From Alphaproteobacteria bacterium (lineage in GTDB: Bacteria > Pseudomonadota > Alphaproteobacteria > UBA828), in assembly GCA_963667705.1 (NCBI GenBank), contig OY763937.1, positions 1,354,948-1,418,947 of the forward strand: a stretch of DNA of 64,000 nucleotides, read 5' to 3'. This document shows positions 29,382-39,505 of this stretch, in pieces. The notes under the pieces were generated by a model, which was not told where the DNA came from, did not search any database, and saw nothing but the letters and a program-made list of their open reading frames with translations. The position numbers were made by a program, and so were the translations under genes. The stretch's first letter is position 1. The number at the start of each line of letters is the position of its first letter.

Positions 29382-29650
29382 GCGGCGGCGGGAAGTCGCC
29401 TGCTTCAAGGGTCTGTTGCCTGCCCCTGAAGCTGGAGAGGCTTGAGGGAGTTACCGGCTTTCGCGGACGAAACGGTCGCCCGACGGTCGTGCGGCGCGCG
29501 CGCCGGGCGACCCGAGGCAGGCAGGCGGGCGCATGCCTCGAAGGAAGCGCGGTATCGTTCCCCGAAGACGGCCGCTGCCACGCTTGAGTTCGCCGCATCG
29601 CCGGGGCACGCGTTCAATGCAAGCCTCGACGGTCCGTTATTTGGCAGCAA

Positions 29651-30892
29651 TTGCCCACATGCGACGGCGGCACATTCGAGCTGACTCCAATGACCTCAGC
29701 GATGCAAGACTCGAAGACACTTGTCGCCACTGATAGAAGGACAGTGAGCTTCCGCAAACTCCAAACGCTGGAAGTCATATTGAAGATTACCGAACGCTGT
29801 AACTTGGATTGCGACTATTGCTATTTCTTCAACGCGGGGGACGACAGCTACAAGAGTCATGCGGCCTTCATATCAAATGACACGGTCGTACTTCTGGTGC
29901 AGCGGCTCAGGCAATTCTCCGAAGAGCACGAACTCCGGCGCATAGCGATTCACCTGCATGGCGGCGAACCGCTTCTGATGCCGAAGGCCCGGCTCGACAG
30001 TATCTGCGATGAGATCAGCTCTGGTCTGGCAGACATCGTCGACCTGTCGCTGACAATCCAGACCAACGGAATGCTGATCGACCTCGAGTGGATAGAGATT
30101 TTCAACAGACATGGCGTGGAGGTGGGTGTCAGCCTCGACGGGACGCAGGTGCACAACGACGCCCATCGTCTCGATCATCATGGCAGGTCGTCATACCAGG
30201 CGACCGTTCGCGGTCTGGCGCTGTGTCGGGAGCACCTGCATCGGTCTCCCATGGTCCTGGCCGTGATCGGGGAGAATTTCGATCCCAAAGAAATCTACGA
30301 ACACTTTCGACGTGACCTGCACGTGGGGCACATCGACTTCTTGCTCCCCGACCTGAACCACGACAATTTCGGTGGCGACGCGGAAGCGTACGGAGATTTC
30401 CTCATCGAGATTTTCGACATGATGGTGAATGACGAGGAGGCTGTAAGTGTCAGGTTCATCGATCATTTTCTGGCGCGAATCTACGGAAGCGGAAATTTTC
30501 TTTTCGCTACCGGGAGAGATGACCCGGACTATCTTCTGCTTACGGTATCGTCTGATGGCGGAGTCGGGCCGGACGACACGCTGAGATCCACGAAGTACTG
30601 GAGTGGATACGAATACAGGGATCTGAAGAGTTCCAGCCTCGAGGAAATCATTCAGGATCCATTGTTTCACGAATTCGAGTATTTCAAGAAGACACCTGCA
30701 TCTGCGTGTTCGGATTGCTGTTGGCGTGACGTCTGCGGCAGTGGTCAGCCGGTACACAGATATGCGAGCAGCAATGGATTCGACAACCCCACCGTCTATT
30801 GTGAAGGATTGGACAGGTTCTACACCCATGTGTTGAAATATTTAGCCTTGCACGGCGAGCCGTTGGAAAAGATCGGCGCGGACCTGATCTGA
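29651..30892 (+). CDS. Radical SAM enzyme with C-terminal SPASM domain (putative RiPP maturase)
   Basis: CNLDCDYCYF is a CxxxCxxC rSAM cluster. C-terminal CSDCCWRDVCGSGQ...YCEG is a SPASM-type Cys cluster. GC about 55%, below the backbone. The start could also be the ATG at 29690 or 29702. Confidence 0.85.
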   Translation: MPTCDGGTFELTPMTSAMQDSKTLVATDRRTVSFRKLQTLEVILKITERCNLDCDYCYFFNAGDDSYKSHAAFISNDTVVLLVQRLRQFSEEHELRRIAIHLHGGEPLLMPKARLDSICDEISSGLADIVDLSLTIQTNGMLIDLEWIEIFNRHGVEVGVSLDGTQVHNDAHRLDHHGRSSYQATVRGLALCREHLHRSPMVLAVIGENFDPKEIYEHFRRDLHVGHIDFLLPDLNHDNFGGDAEAYGDFLIEIFDMMVNDEEAVSVRFIDHFLARIYGSGNFLFATGRDDPDYLLLTVSSDGGVGPDDTLRSTKYWSGYEYRDLKSSSLEEIIQDPLFHEFEYFKKTPASACSDCCWRDVCGSGQPVHRYASSNGFDNPTVYCEGLDRFYTHVLKYLALHGEPLEKIGADLI

Positions 30893-30952
30893 GACGGTCG
30901 ACATGCTCGTGGCCTGCAGCATGGGGGCCCTTATGAATCGAGGCAATTCGCG

Positions 30953-31699
30953 GTGGCAACGCGTTTCCGCCCCGGTGCCGCCAAGTCTTCCATGAGAATC
31001 TACGTTGACCGCAGACTGGGTGATGTGGACGACGTGATTTCGTTCAGCGAAACGCTCGTCTATGCGCAAGAGTCTTATCCGGACGCTGTCGACTATCGAC
31101 CTAACGCAAGGTTGCCCGTCGACTTCCGAAGGCTGGATGAACTTGAGGTCGAAGAATACACCGCCTCTCTGGACGCGCTGACGATCGAGGACGAACTGGA
31201 CTTTGTTGCACTCTTCCCTTGCGATTTGAATTCCGAGAGTGAATTGGACTTCACGCCATTTCTCAGCCTGTCACCGGTTGTTGCGCTCGACCCTTCCATC
31301 GATCATGGGAATCATCCTTCGATTACGGTGGATCGCGAATCGGGTCTGAGGTTGGGGTTGCACCTCGACACATGGGATGGACTCGACGTGTCCTCGAGGT
31401 GGAAAAGCCGGAACCGGGTAGTCGTCAACAGGGGACCTGGAGACAGGCATGTCTATGTGGTACCTGTGCCGATCGAAGAAATGGCAGAGTGCGTGGCGTC
31501 ACCGGAACGCCTCCATCCCTGCGAAGTTGCCGACACATATATCCGGAATGGGCGGGGTATTCCCTGTTTGCGCATGCTCCAGTCGGCGAACGTCGCGTAC
31601 GTCTGCTGTACGGAGCGTCTTGTTCACGATGCGCGCGTGAGTCCAGGCGGCATCCGAGCGGAAAGCCGCCATTACCTGGGGCACTTCGTCAAGAATTAG
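30953..31699 (+). CDS. Hypothetical acidic protein downstream of the rSAM (possible RiPP-associated)
   Basis: 248-aa ORF in the same orientation, with an acidic N-terminal half. No recognisable family. Start is uncertain (GTG at 30953 or ATG at 30992). Confidence 0.4.
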   Translation: MATRFRPGAAKSSMRIYVDRRLGDVDDVISFSETLVYAQESYPDAVDYRPNARLPVDFRRLDELEVEEYTASLDALTIEDELDFVALFPCDLNSESELDFTPFLSLSPVVALDPSIDHGNHPSITVDRESGLRLGLHLDTWDGLDVSSRWKSRNRVVVNRGPGDRHVYVVPVPIEEMAECVASPERLHPCEVADTYIRNGRGIPCLRMLQSANVAYVCCTERLVHDARVSPGGIRAESRHYLGHFVKN

Positions 31700-31803
31700 C
31701 TCGCATGTGGCCTCGACGACCGCGGCGACAGGAATTCGCGGGGCGCCGCTGCTGCCCGCACCGCAAAAGCGCTCGAGGTGGACCGGTCAGCAGGGACGGG
31801 TCA

Positions 31804-32103
31804 CTATCCCGGACGACCCGTCCTCCACTCCCATGGCCGAACCTGAACGTCGGCGAAGACGTCCGCCTTGCCGTAGGGGCTGTCGGCCAGGAAAGCGCGC
31901 ACCGCCTCGAGAGAAGGCGCTTCTGCGATCAGGAGCAGGCCGACGATGGTCTCCGAGTCGTCGGAGAGGGTCGGGCCGGCGTTATGGACGACGACGCCGG
32001 GATGTTCGGGATGATTTCGCAGATAGTCCATATAGGCGCCCTGAATCTCGCTGCCCGACTCAACCCGTCCCGGCTTGTGAGTAACGAAAGCGACGACGTA
32101 CAT
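31804..32103 (-). CDS. YciI-like (Dabb-fold) protein
   Basis: MYVVAFVTHKPGRVESGSEIQGAYMDYLRNHPEHPGVVVHNAGPTLSDD...GLLLIAEAPSLEAVRAFLADSPY matches the YciI family. Confidence 0.7.
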   Translation of the reverse strand: MYVVAFVTHKPGRVESGSEIQGAYMDYLRNHPEHPGVVVHNAGPTLSDDSETIVGLLLIAEAPSLEAVRAFLADSPYGKADVFADVQVRPWEWRTGRPG

Positions 32104-32234
32104 CGGTCTTCTCCCTGTCCTATGGAAAACCTGTCTCGATCACGCTAGGCCGGCTCCTCGCACCCTGTCAATCGACGGCTCTGGACCGGCGTTCCGGACC
32201 TCATCCATGGCGCTCGGGCAACGGCGCAAACGGC

Positions 32235-34001
32235 CTACATACCTCGGGCAATCCTCGCCCCCGGCCGCTCCACACGGACGGTCACGATGTCTGTGTCGTG
32301 GTACTGCTGATGGCGGACGGAGGAGGCGAGGTGACGCAGCAGCCGCAGGGAGACTTCCCGCTCGATCATCGCGCCGGCGCTGGCCTCGCCCAGCAGCGCG
32401 ATCCGGTCCTGAATGTTCTCCTCGCCTTTCGAGGCGACGAACTCCAGCACGGCTCCGCCGTCCTCGCTGCGCGCGGTAAGAAGCAGACGCCGCCGCTCGC
32501 TGTCCCCACCGGGCTCGTCCTGTAGCTGCAGCGTCAGCAGCGTCTCTTCGCAGACGGCGTCGAGGCGGTCCATCATTTGCGCATCCCAGCCTCTTCGCGA
32601 TGCGAATGCGCCGATGAACGTGCGGATCTCGTGCAGGGCAGAGGGATCGAACGCCACCTCGATCCGGCGGCGGCGCGGCTTCGTCAGCTCGACCAACATG
32701 GTCATCACGATCGCCACGATGCCTCCGGTCAGCATCCCGTTCTTCAGGAGAGCGCCAGCGAACGCCGAGACATGCTCGGGAAAGATCGCCTCGCTCTGGA
32801 AGCCCACGCCGACCCAGAACGAAACCCCGGCGATCAGGCCTTTGCGGTAGTCGATCCCGTCCTGAATGATCACTCTCATGCCGATGATGAAGATCGTCGC
32901 CATCGTGACGCCGACGAACGCAGTGATGACCGGACCCGGGATGGCAAGGATCACGGCAAGCGCCTTGGGAACGAACGCCAGCACGATAAACACTGCCCCG
33001 AGCGCGAGGCCGATCCGGCGAGAGCTGATCCCGGTGACCTCGACCATGGACGCGCCCGTCGGCCGGAAGCCGAGCGGCATCGTGCCCGCCAGGCCCGACA
33101 GCAGGTTGCCCACACCGTCGGCGGCCACGGCGCCCTGCACCGCCCGGAAGTCCACCGCCCGGCTCTCGGCCCACGAGACGCGCTGGATCGCGACTGCGCC
33201 GCTGATGGTTTGAATCGTGCAGACCAGGGCGATGAACACGAAGGCGGGAAGCAGCGCCCAGAAGTCGGGCGCGAAATGCAGGTCCAGGGCCGACCATTCG
33301 GGCGTCGGAATACCGATCCACGAGGCCTGGACGATGCGGTCGACGTCGTAGAGACCGAACACGCCCGCGACGAACGAGCCCGCGACGATTCCGATGACCG
33401 GCGCCCACAGGCGTACCCGTCCCTTTGCCGTCAGCGCGATGCCGACGATGACGACCAGGGTCGCCGCCGCGCTGAGCGGGGCGGCCAGCGGCGGCGTGCC
33501 GCTCGGTACATTCTTCAATTGGTCGAACATTACCGGCATGATCGTCACCGGAGTGAGCATCAGGACCGTCCCCGTGACGGTCGGCGTGAGGACGCGCCGG
33601 AACAGCGACAGGCGTGCGGAGAAGACGAACTGGACCAGGGCGAGGGTAACGACCAGGGTCGCGAGCAACGCCGGGCCGCCCGCGGCGAGGGCGGCGATGC
33701 TGACCGCGATGGAAGCCCCGGACGTTCCGATCGCAAGGATGTAGCCTGCGCCGAACCGGCCGATCTGCCGCGCCTGGAGCATCGCGGTCGCGCCGCAGAG
33801 CGCGACGGAAGCGAACACGGCCCACAGCAGAACTTCCTCGGGTTGGCCGGCCGCCCTGAACACGACTGTCGGAATCATCACCGCGCCTGGCAGGACCAGG
33901 CAGGCAATCTGCAGGGCGAGGCCCACGCTGAGCGGGACCGGGATCTTCGCGTCGGGATGGCGGCGGCCTTCGGTGCGCCGATCGGACTCGTCGAGTCCCA
34001 T
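32235..34001 (-). CDS. APC-superfamily (NCS2/xanthine-uracil-permease-like) transporter with about 150-aa C-terminal cytoplasmic extension
   Basis: About 12 hydrophobic helices. Nucleobase-permease-like segments (LSVGLALQIACLVLPGAVMIPTVV; PGPVITAFVGVTMATIFIIGMRVI). Soluble C-terminal domain. The start is taken at the internal ATG (MGLDESDRR). Confidence 0.55.
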   Translation of the reverse strand: MGLDESDRRTEGRRHPDAKIPVPLSVGLALQIACLVLPGAVMIPTVVFRAAGQPEEVLLWAVFASVALCGATAMLQARQIGRFGAGYILAIGTSGASIAVSIAALAAGGPALLATLVVTLALVQFVFSARLSLFRRVLTPTVTGTVLMLTPVTIMPVMFDQLKNVPSGTPPLAAPLSAAATLVVIVGIALTAKGRVRLWAPVIGIVAGSFVAGVFGLYDVDRIVQASWIGIPTPEWSALDLHFAPDFWALLPAFVFIALVCTIQTISGAVAIQRVSWAESRAVDFRAVQGAVAADGVGNLLSGLAGTMPLGFRPTGASMVEVTGISSRRIGLALGAVFIVLAFVPKALAVILAIPGPVITAFVGVTMATIFIIGMRVIIQDGIDYRKGLIAGVSFWVGVGFQSEAIFPEHVSAFAGALLKNGMLTGGIVAIVMTMLVELTKPRRRRIEVAFDPSALHEIRTFIGAFASRRGWDAQMMDRLDAVCEETLLTLQLQDEPGGDSERRRLLLTARSEDGGAVLEFVASKGEENIQDRIALLGEASAGAMIEREVSLRLLRHLASSVRHQQYHDTDIVTVRVERPGARIARGM

Positions 34002-34377
34002 GCCTGATCCCCGTTGCCTGCGGAGAGCGCAGCGACGACCGCCATGCATCGTCGCGGACGCGTTCGCCGCTCACATTCAACGGCAAACGCACCTGCTCCG
34101 CAAAGGAACGCTGGCCGTGGAGCATCGATAGGTTGTTCTCGAGCGACCGAAGTCTTCTGGCGGGTGTATTGGCTGGTATCCCTGGAGGTGGTGTAAGGCG
34201 TTGGGGTGGACAAATTGGGATGCCCGAAACCCGAAGCCCCTTGGTGTTCTGCGCGTTTAGGGAGTCACGGCCAGCCGGAATCCCCGAACTCGACCGCGTT
34301 GAGCCGGGCCGGACGGAAGGTCGACGATGCTGAAGGACGCCGCCGGGTGTACTCCCCGGGACGGGGGCGATTCCCGA

Positions 34378-36456
34378 TCAGGCGATGGCGCGTTCCAGGC
34401 GGACCTCTTCCACCCTGTAGGGCACGTCGGCGATGGCGCCGGCGTCGAGCTCGCGGGCGAAGCGGTGACCCTCGTAGACCGCGTGCTGGATCGTCCCGGC
34501 GGCAACGCAGTCGCCGACGCGTGCGAGGGTCCTGATCCCGGCCGCCTCCAGCGTCTCCGGCGCGGCCGAGAGCTCGCGATAGAGCGCGTCGTTCGGCAGC
34601 CGCGAGGTGGCGAGAACCAGCGACTGGTAGGAGAGGTGCCGCCGCGTCTCCTCGTGATAGACGTTGTAGATCTCGATGCTGTTGTCGCCGATGTTGGCGA
34701 TGTTGTGGTCGGTGATGAGCTCGATGCCCAAGGAGAGGACCCGGCTCATGATCTTCTCCATCTCGAGCGTGTATTCGGTCCAGCGCGAGAGCTCCATCAG
34801 CGGCGTGACGATGGTCACCTCGTGGCCGGCGGCGCGCAGCTTCTCGGCGATGACGCCGCCCATGTAGTAGTGGTCGTCGTCGAACACGACGATGGGGCCC
34901 TCGAGCTCCGTCCCGCCCATCACGTCGTCGGGCGTGAAGACCCTGCGCCCCTCGCTGCCGGGGATCGCATGGGCGTTGGTATAGGCGACGCCGTCGCCGC
35001 GCCAGCGGGACCCAGTCGCCATGACGACGGTCTCGGCGCCGTAGTCGAGCACGTCCTGCGCCGAGAGGCGGGTGCCGGTGTGAACTTCCACGTTCTTCAT
35101 CTTCGCGATCTGGCTCACGCGCCAGTCGCGCACCCGCCCCCACGTGGCGAGGCCGGGCAGCGCGCTCTCCCGCGTCACGCGGCCGCCGACCTCGGGCTCC
35201 GCCTCGACCAGGTGGACCGTGTAGCCGCGCTGGCCGAGGGCGCGGGCGCACTCCAGCCCCGCGGGGCCGGCGCCGACTACCAGCACGCCGTCGTCCGATC
35301 CCTTCGCCTCGATGGTCTCCGGATGCCAGCCGCGCCGCCACTCCTCGCCCGCGGTCGGGTTCTGCGTACAGCGGAAGAGGCTGACCGTGTTCTCGGAAGC
35401 GACGCACATGTTGCAGCCGATACACTCGCGGATGTCCTCGTTGCGACCCTCCTCGATCTTCGCCGGCAGGAAGGGGTCGGCGATGGAGGGGCGCGCGGCG
35501 CCGATGAAGTCCGTCACGCCGCCATTGATCTGCGCGATCATCGTGTCGGGCGAGGTGTAGCGCCCGACCGTCACGACCGGCCGGTCGGTCTTCTGCTTGA
35601 CGAAGGCTACGTAGGGTTCCTGGAAGGCCTCGTCGGCGAAACGTGAAGTGGCGGAATCCTGGGCCCAGTCGCTGATGTTCACGTCCCAGAGGTCGGGCAG
35701 GTCCGAGAACATCTCGACCACCGCCTGGCCTTCCTCCTGCCACCTGATGCCGTGCTCGCCGCGGTTCTCGTCGACGGCGAGCCGGAGCGCGACCGCCGCC
35801 TTGTCGCCGACCGCCTCCTTGGTGTCCTCCAGCAGCTCGCCGATCAGGCGCGCGCGGTTCTCGACGCTGCCGCCGTACTCGTCGGTGCGGTGATTGGTGT
35901 GGGGCGAGAGGAAGTGCTGCGGCAGGGCGATGTCGTGGGCGGCATAGACGTAGACGATGTCATAGCCGACGTTGACCGCGCGCTGCGCTGCCTCCACCTG
36001 CCAGCGTCGGAATTCCTTGATGTCCGCCTTGTCCATCTCGCGGCCCATGATCGGGTCCCAGTTGTAGTGGACCGTGGCGGGCGAGGGGCCGAGCGGGAAC
36101 TCCTTGGTCTTGCGGTTGGAGAAGCCGGTCCCGTTGTGGACCAGCTCCACGGCCGCGAGCACGCCGTATTCGTGCATGGTGTCGACCCAGCCGCGCAGCT
36201 GCTCGGCGTAGTAGTCGTTCCACAGCCGGCGCTCGCCGTAGGGCGCAGCGCAGGAGGTGGGATGGATGCTGCACTGCTCGGTGGAGATGACGGCCCATCC
36301 GCCCTGGGCCTTCATGCGCCGATGCGCGACGTCCCCGTGGTGCTCGGTGTATCCCATCGCGTTGCAATGGGGCACCTGATAGAAGCGGTTCTTCGCGATC
36401 TTGGGGCCGATCTTGATCGGCGTGAAAAGCACGTCGTAACGGGGGTCGCGCGCCAT
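34378..36456 (-). CDS. TMADH-like (OYE TIM-barrel FMN + 4Fe-4S + FAD/NAD-binding) flavoprotein oxidoreductase, paralog 1
   Basis: N-terminal old-yellow-enzyme block (FTPIKIGPKIAKNRFYQVPHC). Fe-S Cys cluster CIGCNMCVA...C. C-terminal dinucleotide fold (VLVVGAGPAGLECA). Length 692 aa, typical of trimethylamine/dimethylamine/histamine dehydrogenases and N-methylproline demethylase. Confidence 0.85.
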   Translation of the reverse strand: MARDPRYDVLFTPIKIGPKIAKNRFYQVPHCNAMGYTEHHGDVAHRRMKAQGGWAVISTEQCSIHPTSCAAPYGERRLWNDYYAEQLRGWVDTMHEYGVLAAVELVHNGTGFSNRKTKEFPLGPSPATVHYNWDPIMGREMDKADIKEFRRWQVEAAQRAVNVGYDIVYVYAAHDIALPQHFLSPHTNHRTDEYGGSVENRARLIGELLEDTKEAVGDKAAVALRLAVDENRGEHGIRWQEEGQAVVEMFSDLPDLWDVNISDWAQDSATSRFADEAFQEPYVAFVKQKTDRPVVTVGRYTSPDTMIAQINGGVTDFIGAARPSIADPFLPAKIEEGRNEDIRECIGCNMCVASENTVSLFRCTQNPTAGEEWRRGWHPETIEAKGSDDGVLVVGAGPAGLECARALGQRGYTVHLVEAEPEVGGRVTRESALPGLATWGRVRDWRVSQIAKMKNVEVHTGTRLSAQDVLDYGAETVVMATGSRWRGDGVAYTNAHAIPGSEGRRVFTPDDVMGGTELEGPIVVFDDDHYYMGGVIAEKLRAAGHEVTIVTPLMELSRWTEYTLEMEKIMSRVLSLGIELITDHNIANIGDNSIEIYNVYHEETRRHLSYQSLVLATSRLPNDALYRELSAAPETLEAAGIRTLARVGDCVAAGTIQHAVYEGHRFARELDAGAIADVPYRVEEVRLERAIA

Positions 36457-36593
36457 CAGTCATCTCCCTGCCGCCGACGGCGAACGACGGGACCGCGAAG
36501 GCCCGTCGTCACGCACACCGTGTCGAGACGCCCGGCAGCGCGCGCCCGGCGCGGAGGTGCGCGGCGCGACGCCGTCCGGACGTGAAAGCCTCC

Positions 36594-36974
36594 CTAGGCG
36601 GCCATCTGCTCCGCGTCGGGATCGTGAATGAAGAACACCTTGCGGACGGGCTCCTCGATGACCCAGGTCACCGTCTCGCCCTTCGACGTGTAGAAGATGT
36701 CGCCGGCCGTGTAGGTATGGGTGGTGCCGTCCTGCTCGGTCACGTGGATCTTGCCCTGCAGCAGGGTGCAGATCTCGTCGCCGGGGTAGGTGTATTCGAA
36801 CTTGCCCGGCGTGCACTGCCATACGCCCGCCATCGTCCGCGTGCCGAAGCCGCCGAGATCGAAGCGTCCCTCGTGCACCGGGTTGCCTTCGAGCACCTTC
36901 ACGAAGGGCAGCTCGCCCAGCGGCGGCCACGGCTCGAGGCCGCCCTCGTCCTTCAGCGTCACATAGTCGAGCAT
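36594..36974 (-). CDS. Cupin-domain protein (cupin_3/DUF861-like)
   Basis: 126 aa with the two-His cupin beta-barrel motif region (GVWQCTPGKFEYTYPGDEICTLLQGKIHVT). Confidence 0.75.
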   Translation of the reverse strand: MLDYVTLKDEGGLEPWPPLGELPFVKVLEGNPVHEGRFDLGGFGTRTMAGVWQCTPGKFEYTYPGDEICTLLQGKIHVTEQDGTTHTYTAGDIFYTSKGETVTWVIEEPVRKVFFIHDPDAEQMAA

Positions 36975-37094
36975 CTCGTTCTCCTCTCCTCAGTGGATCT
37001 CGTTCTCTTCCAGTCTACCCGGCCCATCGCTCGAGCCATCCTTCACATCTCAAACGCTTCGCCGGCGCGACGCAAGAGCGCAGGCCGGCGGCCC

Positions 37095-39269
37095 TCAGGC
37101 CAGCTTGGGGAAGGTCTCGTGGCCCCAGACCTGACGTTCGCGAATCCACGGGCGCGGGTATTGCGGGTCGTCGGACTCGAACTCGCGGGCCAGCCTGTGG
37201 CCGTCGAAGACGGCGTTGGCGACGATGCGCGGGGCGTGGCAATCGCCGATCCGATAGACCGACTGGATGCCCTGTCCGGCCCACTCGGTCTGGCGCGCCT
37301 TGACCTCGCGGAACACCCCGTCGTTGCTCAGCCGGGCCGTGCACAGCACCACGCTGTCGCATTCGAGCTCGGTCGTCTCGGTGCCGGCGCGGCGCGAGTA
37401 CTCGCCCTTCTTCGGCGTGAGCGTGCGCACGTAGCCGTCGCGATAGAGGTAGAAGATGGTGAGCTTGACGGCGTTGCCGATCTCCACCTTGTCGGCCCAG
37501 TGGAGCGTGTGCTGCTCGATGCTCTTCTCGTGCATCATGCGGCGGATGTCGTGGATCTCCTCGGTGTAGACGCAGTGCGGGGCCACGTTGTCCATGCTGG
37601 TGACGATGGTGACCTCCTTGCCCTGGTCGGCCAGCAGCTCCGCCATGCTGACGCCGGTGAAATAGCCCTCGTAGTCGAGCACCACCACGCGCTCGCCGGT
37701 CTCCTTGCCGGCCATGACCTGCTCGGGCGTACAGATTTCCGGGAGCGCGGCATCGGCGCCCTCCAGCGGGGCCTGGGTCACGCCGCCGAGGCCGTTGGTG
37801 GACCAGCGCGCGCCGGTGGCGAAGACCACCTTGTCGGCGCCGTATTCCAGCACGTCGTCGGCGCTCATCTCGCCGACCCCGGTGTGGACCTCGACGTTCC
37901 TGAGCTTGTCGAGCTGGCCCTGTCGGTAGCTGATGACGCGGCCCCACTCGCCGAGATGGGGGTAGCGCATGATGTCGCGCATGCAGCCGCCGATCTCGTC
38001 CGCCGCCTCGCGCAGGTGCACGTCGTAGCCCCGCTCGCCGAGCACGCGCGCGCACTCCATTCCCGCCGGGCCGGCGCCGACGACGAGCACCGAGCAGGGG
38101 TCAGGCGCGGGCTCGAACTTCTCGGGATGCCAGCCGCGCCGGTACTCCTCCATCGACGTGGCGTTCTGGGTGCAGATCAGCGGCGTCGTCTGCCACCACT
38201 TGGAAAGGCAGATGTTGCAGCCGATGCACTCGCGGATGTCGTCGGTGCGGCCTTCCTCGATCTTCTGCGGCAGGAAGGGATCGGCGATCGAGGGACGCGC
38301 CGCGCCGATGAAGTCGGCCTGGCCGGACTTGATGATCTGGACCATCTCGTCGGGGCTGGTGACGCGGCCGGCGCTCACCACCGGCGCGTTGCACGCCTTC
38401 TTGGCCTCCCTGATCCAGGGTGCCATGTAGTTGGAGGCGGTAGAGCGCGAGGCGGCAATTTCCAGTGCGAGCTCGGAATAGCGGCCGACCTTCATGTCCC
38501 AGACGTCGCAGAGACCCTCCCGCTCGTGGAGCTCGATGAAGCGGATGCCTTCGTCCCAGACCTCGAGGCCGTCCGCCCCGTCCATGGTGTCGACCGAATA
38601 GCGATAGCCGACGGCGCAGTCGTCGCCGATGGCCTTCTTGGTCGCCTCCGCCACCTCGAGCGCGAAGCGGGCGCGGTTCTCGAACGATCCGCCGTACTTG
38701 TCCGTCCTCCTGTTGTAGTAGGGCTGCAGGAACTGGTTCATGATCATCGAATCCGAGACCAGGTTCTCGACGATATCGAAGCCCGCATCGCGGGCGCGGA
38801 TTGCGGCGTCGACGTGCATCTGGATCACGGCCCGGATGTCGTCCTCGTCCATCTCGGCGGTGCTCGCAAGCGGGATCGCCTCCGACGGCGCCTGGGTGGG
38901 GACACGGCTGATCGCCCGGGATTCACCGCTCTGCGAGTGCAGGCCCGCGTAATAGAGCTCGACGCCGGCCAGCGCGCCGTGCGCGTGGATGCTGTCGGTC
39001 ACGTGGCGCAGGCTGATGACGTCGCCCTCGTCCCAGAGGCGGGCGGAGCAATGCGGCGAATCGTCGGATTCGGGGTGGATCGCGGTGTACTCGATGCACA
39101 CCGTCCCCCAGCCGCCCTCCGCCTTCATGGCGCGGAACGCCGCCTGGGTGCCGGGGAGCTCGGAGCCGGCACTGTTGCAGTGTGGCGTCTGCCAGAATCT
39201 GTTTTTCGTTGTCTTCGGGCCGACGGTTACCGGTTCGAACAGGATGTCGTGCTCCGGATTCCTCGGCAT
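37095..39269 (-). CDS. TMADH-like flavoprotein oxidoreductase, paralog 2
   Basis: Same architecture: FEPVTVGPKTTKNRFWQTPHC; CIGCNICLS; VLVVGAGPAGMECA. 724 aa. Confidence 0.85.
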   Translation of the reverse strand: MPRNPEHDILFEPVTVGPKTTKNRFWQTPHCNSAGSELPGTQAAFRAMKAEGGWGTVCIEYTAIHPESDDSPHCSARLWDEGDVISLRHVTDSIHAHGALAGVELYYAGLHSQSGESRAISRVPTQAPSEAIPLASTAEMDEDDIRAVIQMHVDAAIRARDAGFDIVENLVSDSMIMNQFLQPYYNRRTDKYGGSFENRARFALEVAEATKKAIGDDCAVGYRYSVDTMDGADGLEVWDEGIRFIELHEREGLCDVWDMKVGRYSELALEIAASRSTASNYMAPWIREAKKACNAPVVSAGRVTSPDEMVQIIKSGQADFIGAARPSIADPFLPQKIEEGRTDDIRECIGCNICLSKWWQTTPLICTQNATSMEEYRRGWHPEKFEPAPDPCSVLVVGAGPAGMECARVLGERGYDVHLREAADEIGGCMRDIMRYPHLGEWGRVISYRQGQLDKLRNVEVHTGVGEMSADDVLEYGADKVVFATGARWSTNGLGGVTQAPLEGADAALPEICTPEQVMAGKETGERVVVLDYEGYFTGVSMAELLADQGKEVTIVTSMDNVAPHCVYTEEIHDIRRMMHEKSIEQHTLHWADKVEIGNAVKLTIFYLYRDGYVRTLTPKKGEYSRRAGTETTELECDSVVLCTARLSNDGVFREVKARQTEWAGQGIQSVYRIGDCHAPRIVANAVFDGHRLAREFESDDPQYPRPWIRERQVWGHETFPKLA

Positions 39270-39505
39270 TACTTGACCTCCCTGACCGTACTATTGAAGG
39301 CGAGCAAAGTATTGATTTTCTTGAGCCTCCTGCAACGATACACCAACGCACAAGCAATTCAAGGCGCGGCGGCGACGGCTCCAGCCCATTCGACGCCGTG
39401 CGGATACCCGCCCTTGCTCCGCGGCGTCCTGCGGTTGCACTCTGGGCGCACGACAGTCGGACGGGGCCGGCGGGCGCCCGGGATGCGACCGGAAAGGACG
39501 GTGCC

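Noticed and set aside
32140-34125. 661-aa minus-strand ORF and 476-aa plus-strand ORF around the permease
   Set aside because: These are alternative frames of the same DNA. Only the 32235..34049 frame yields hydrophobic helices.
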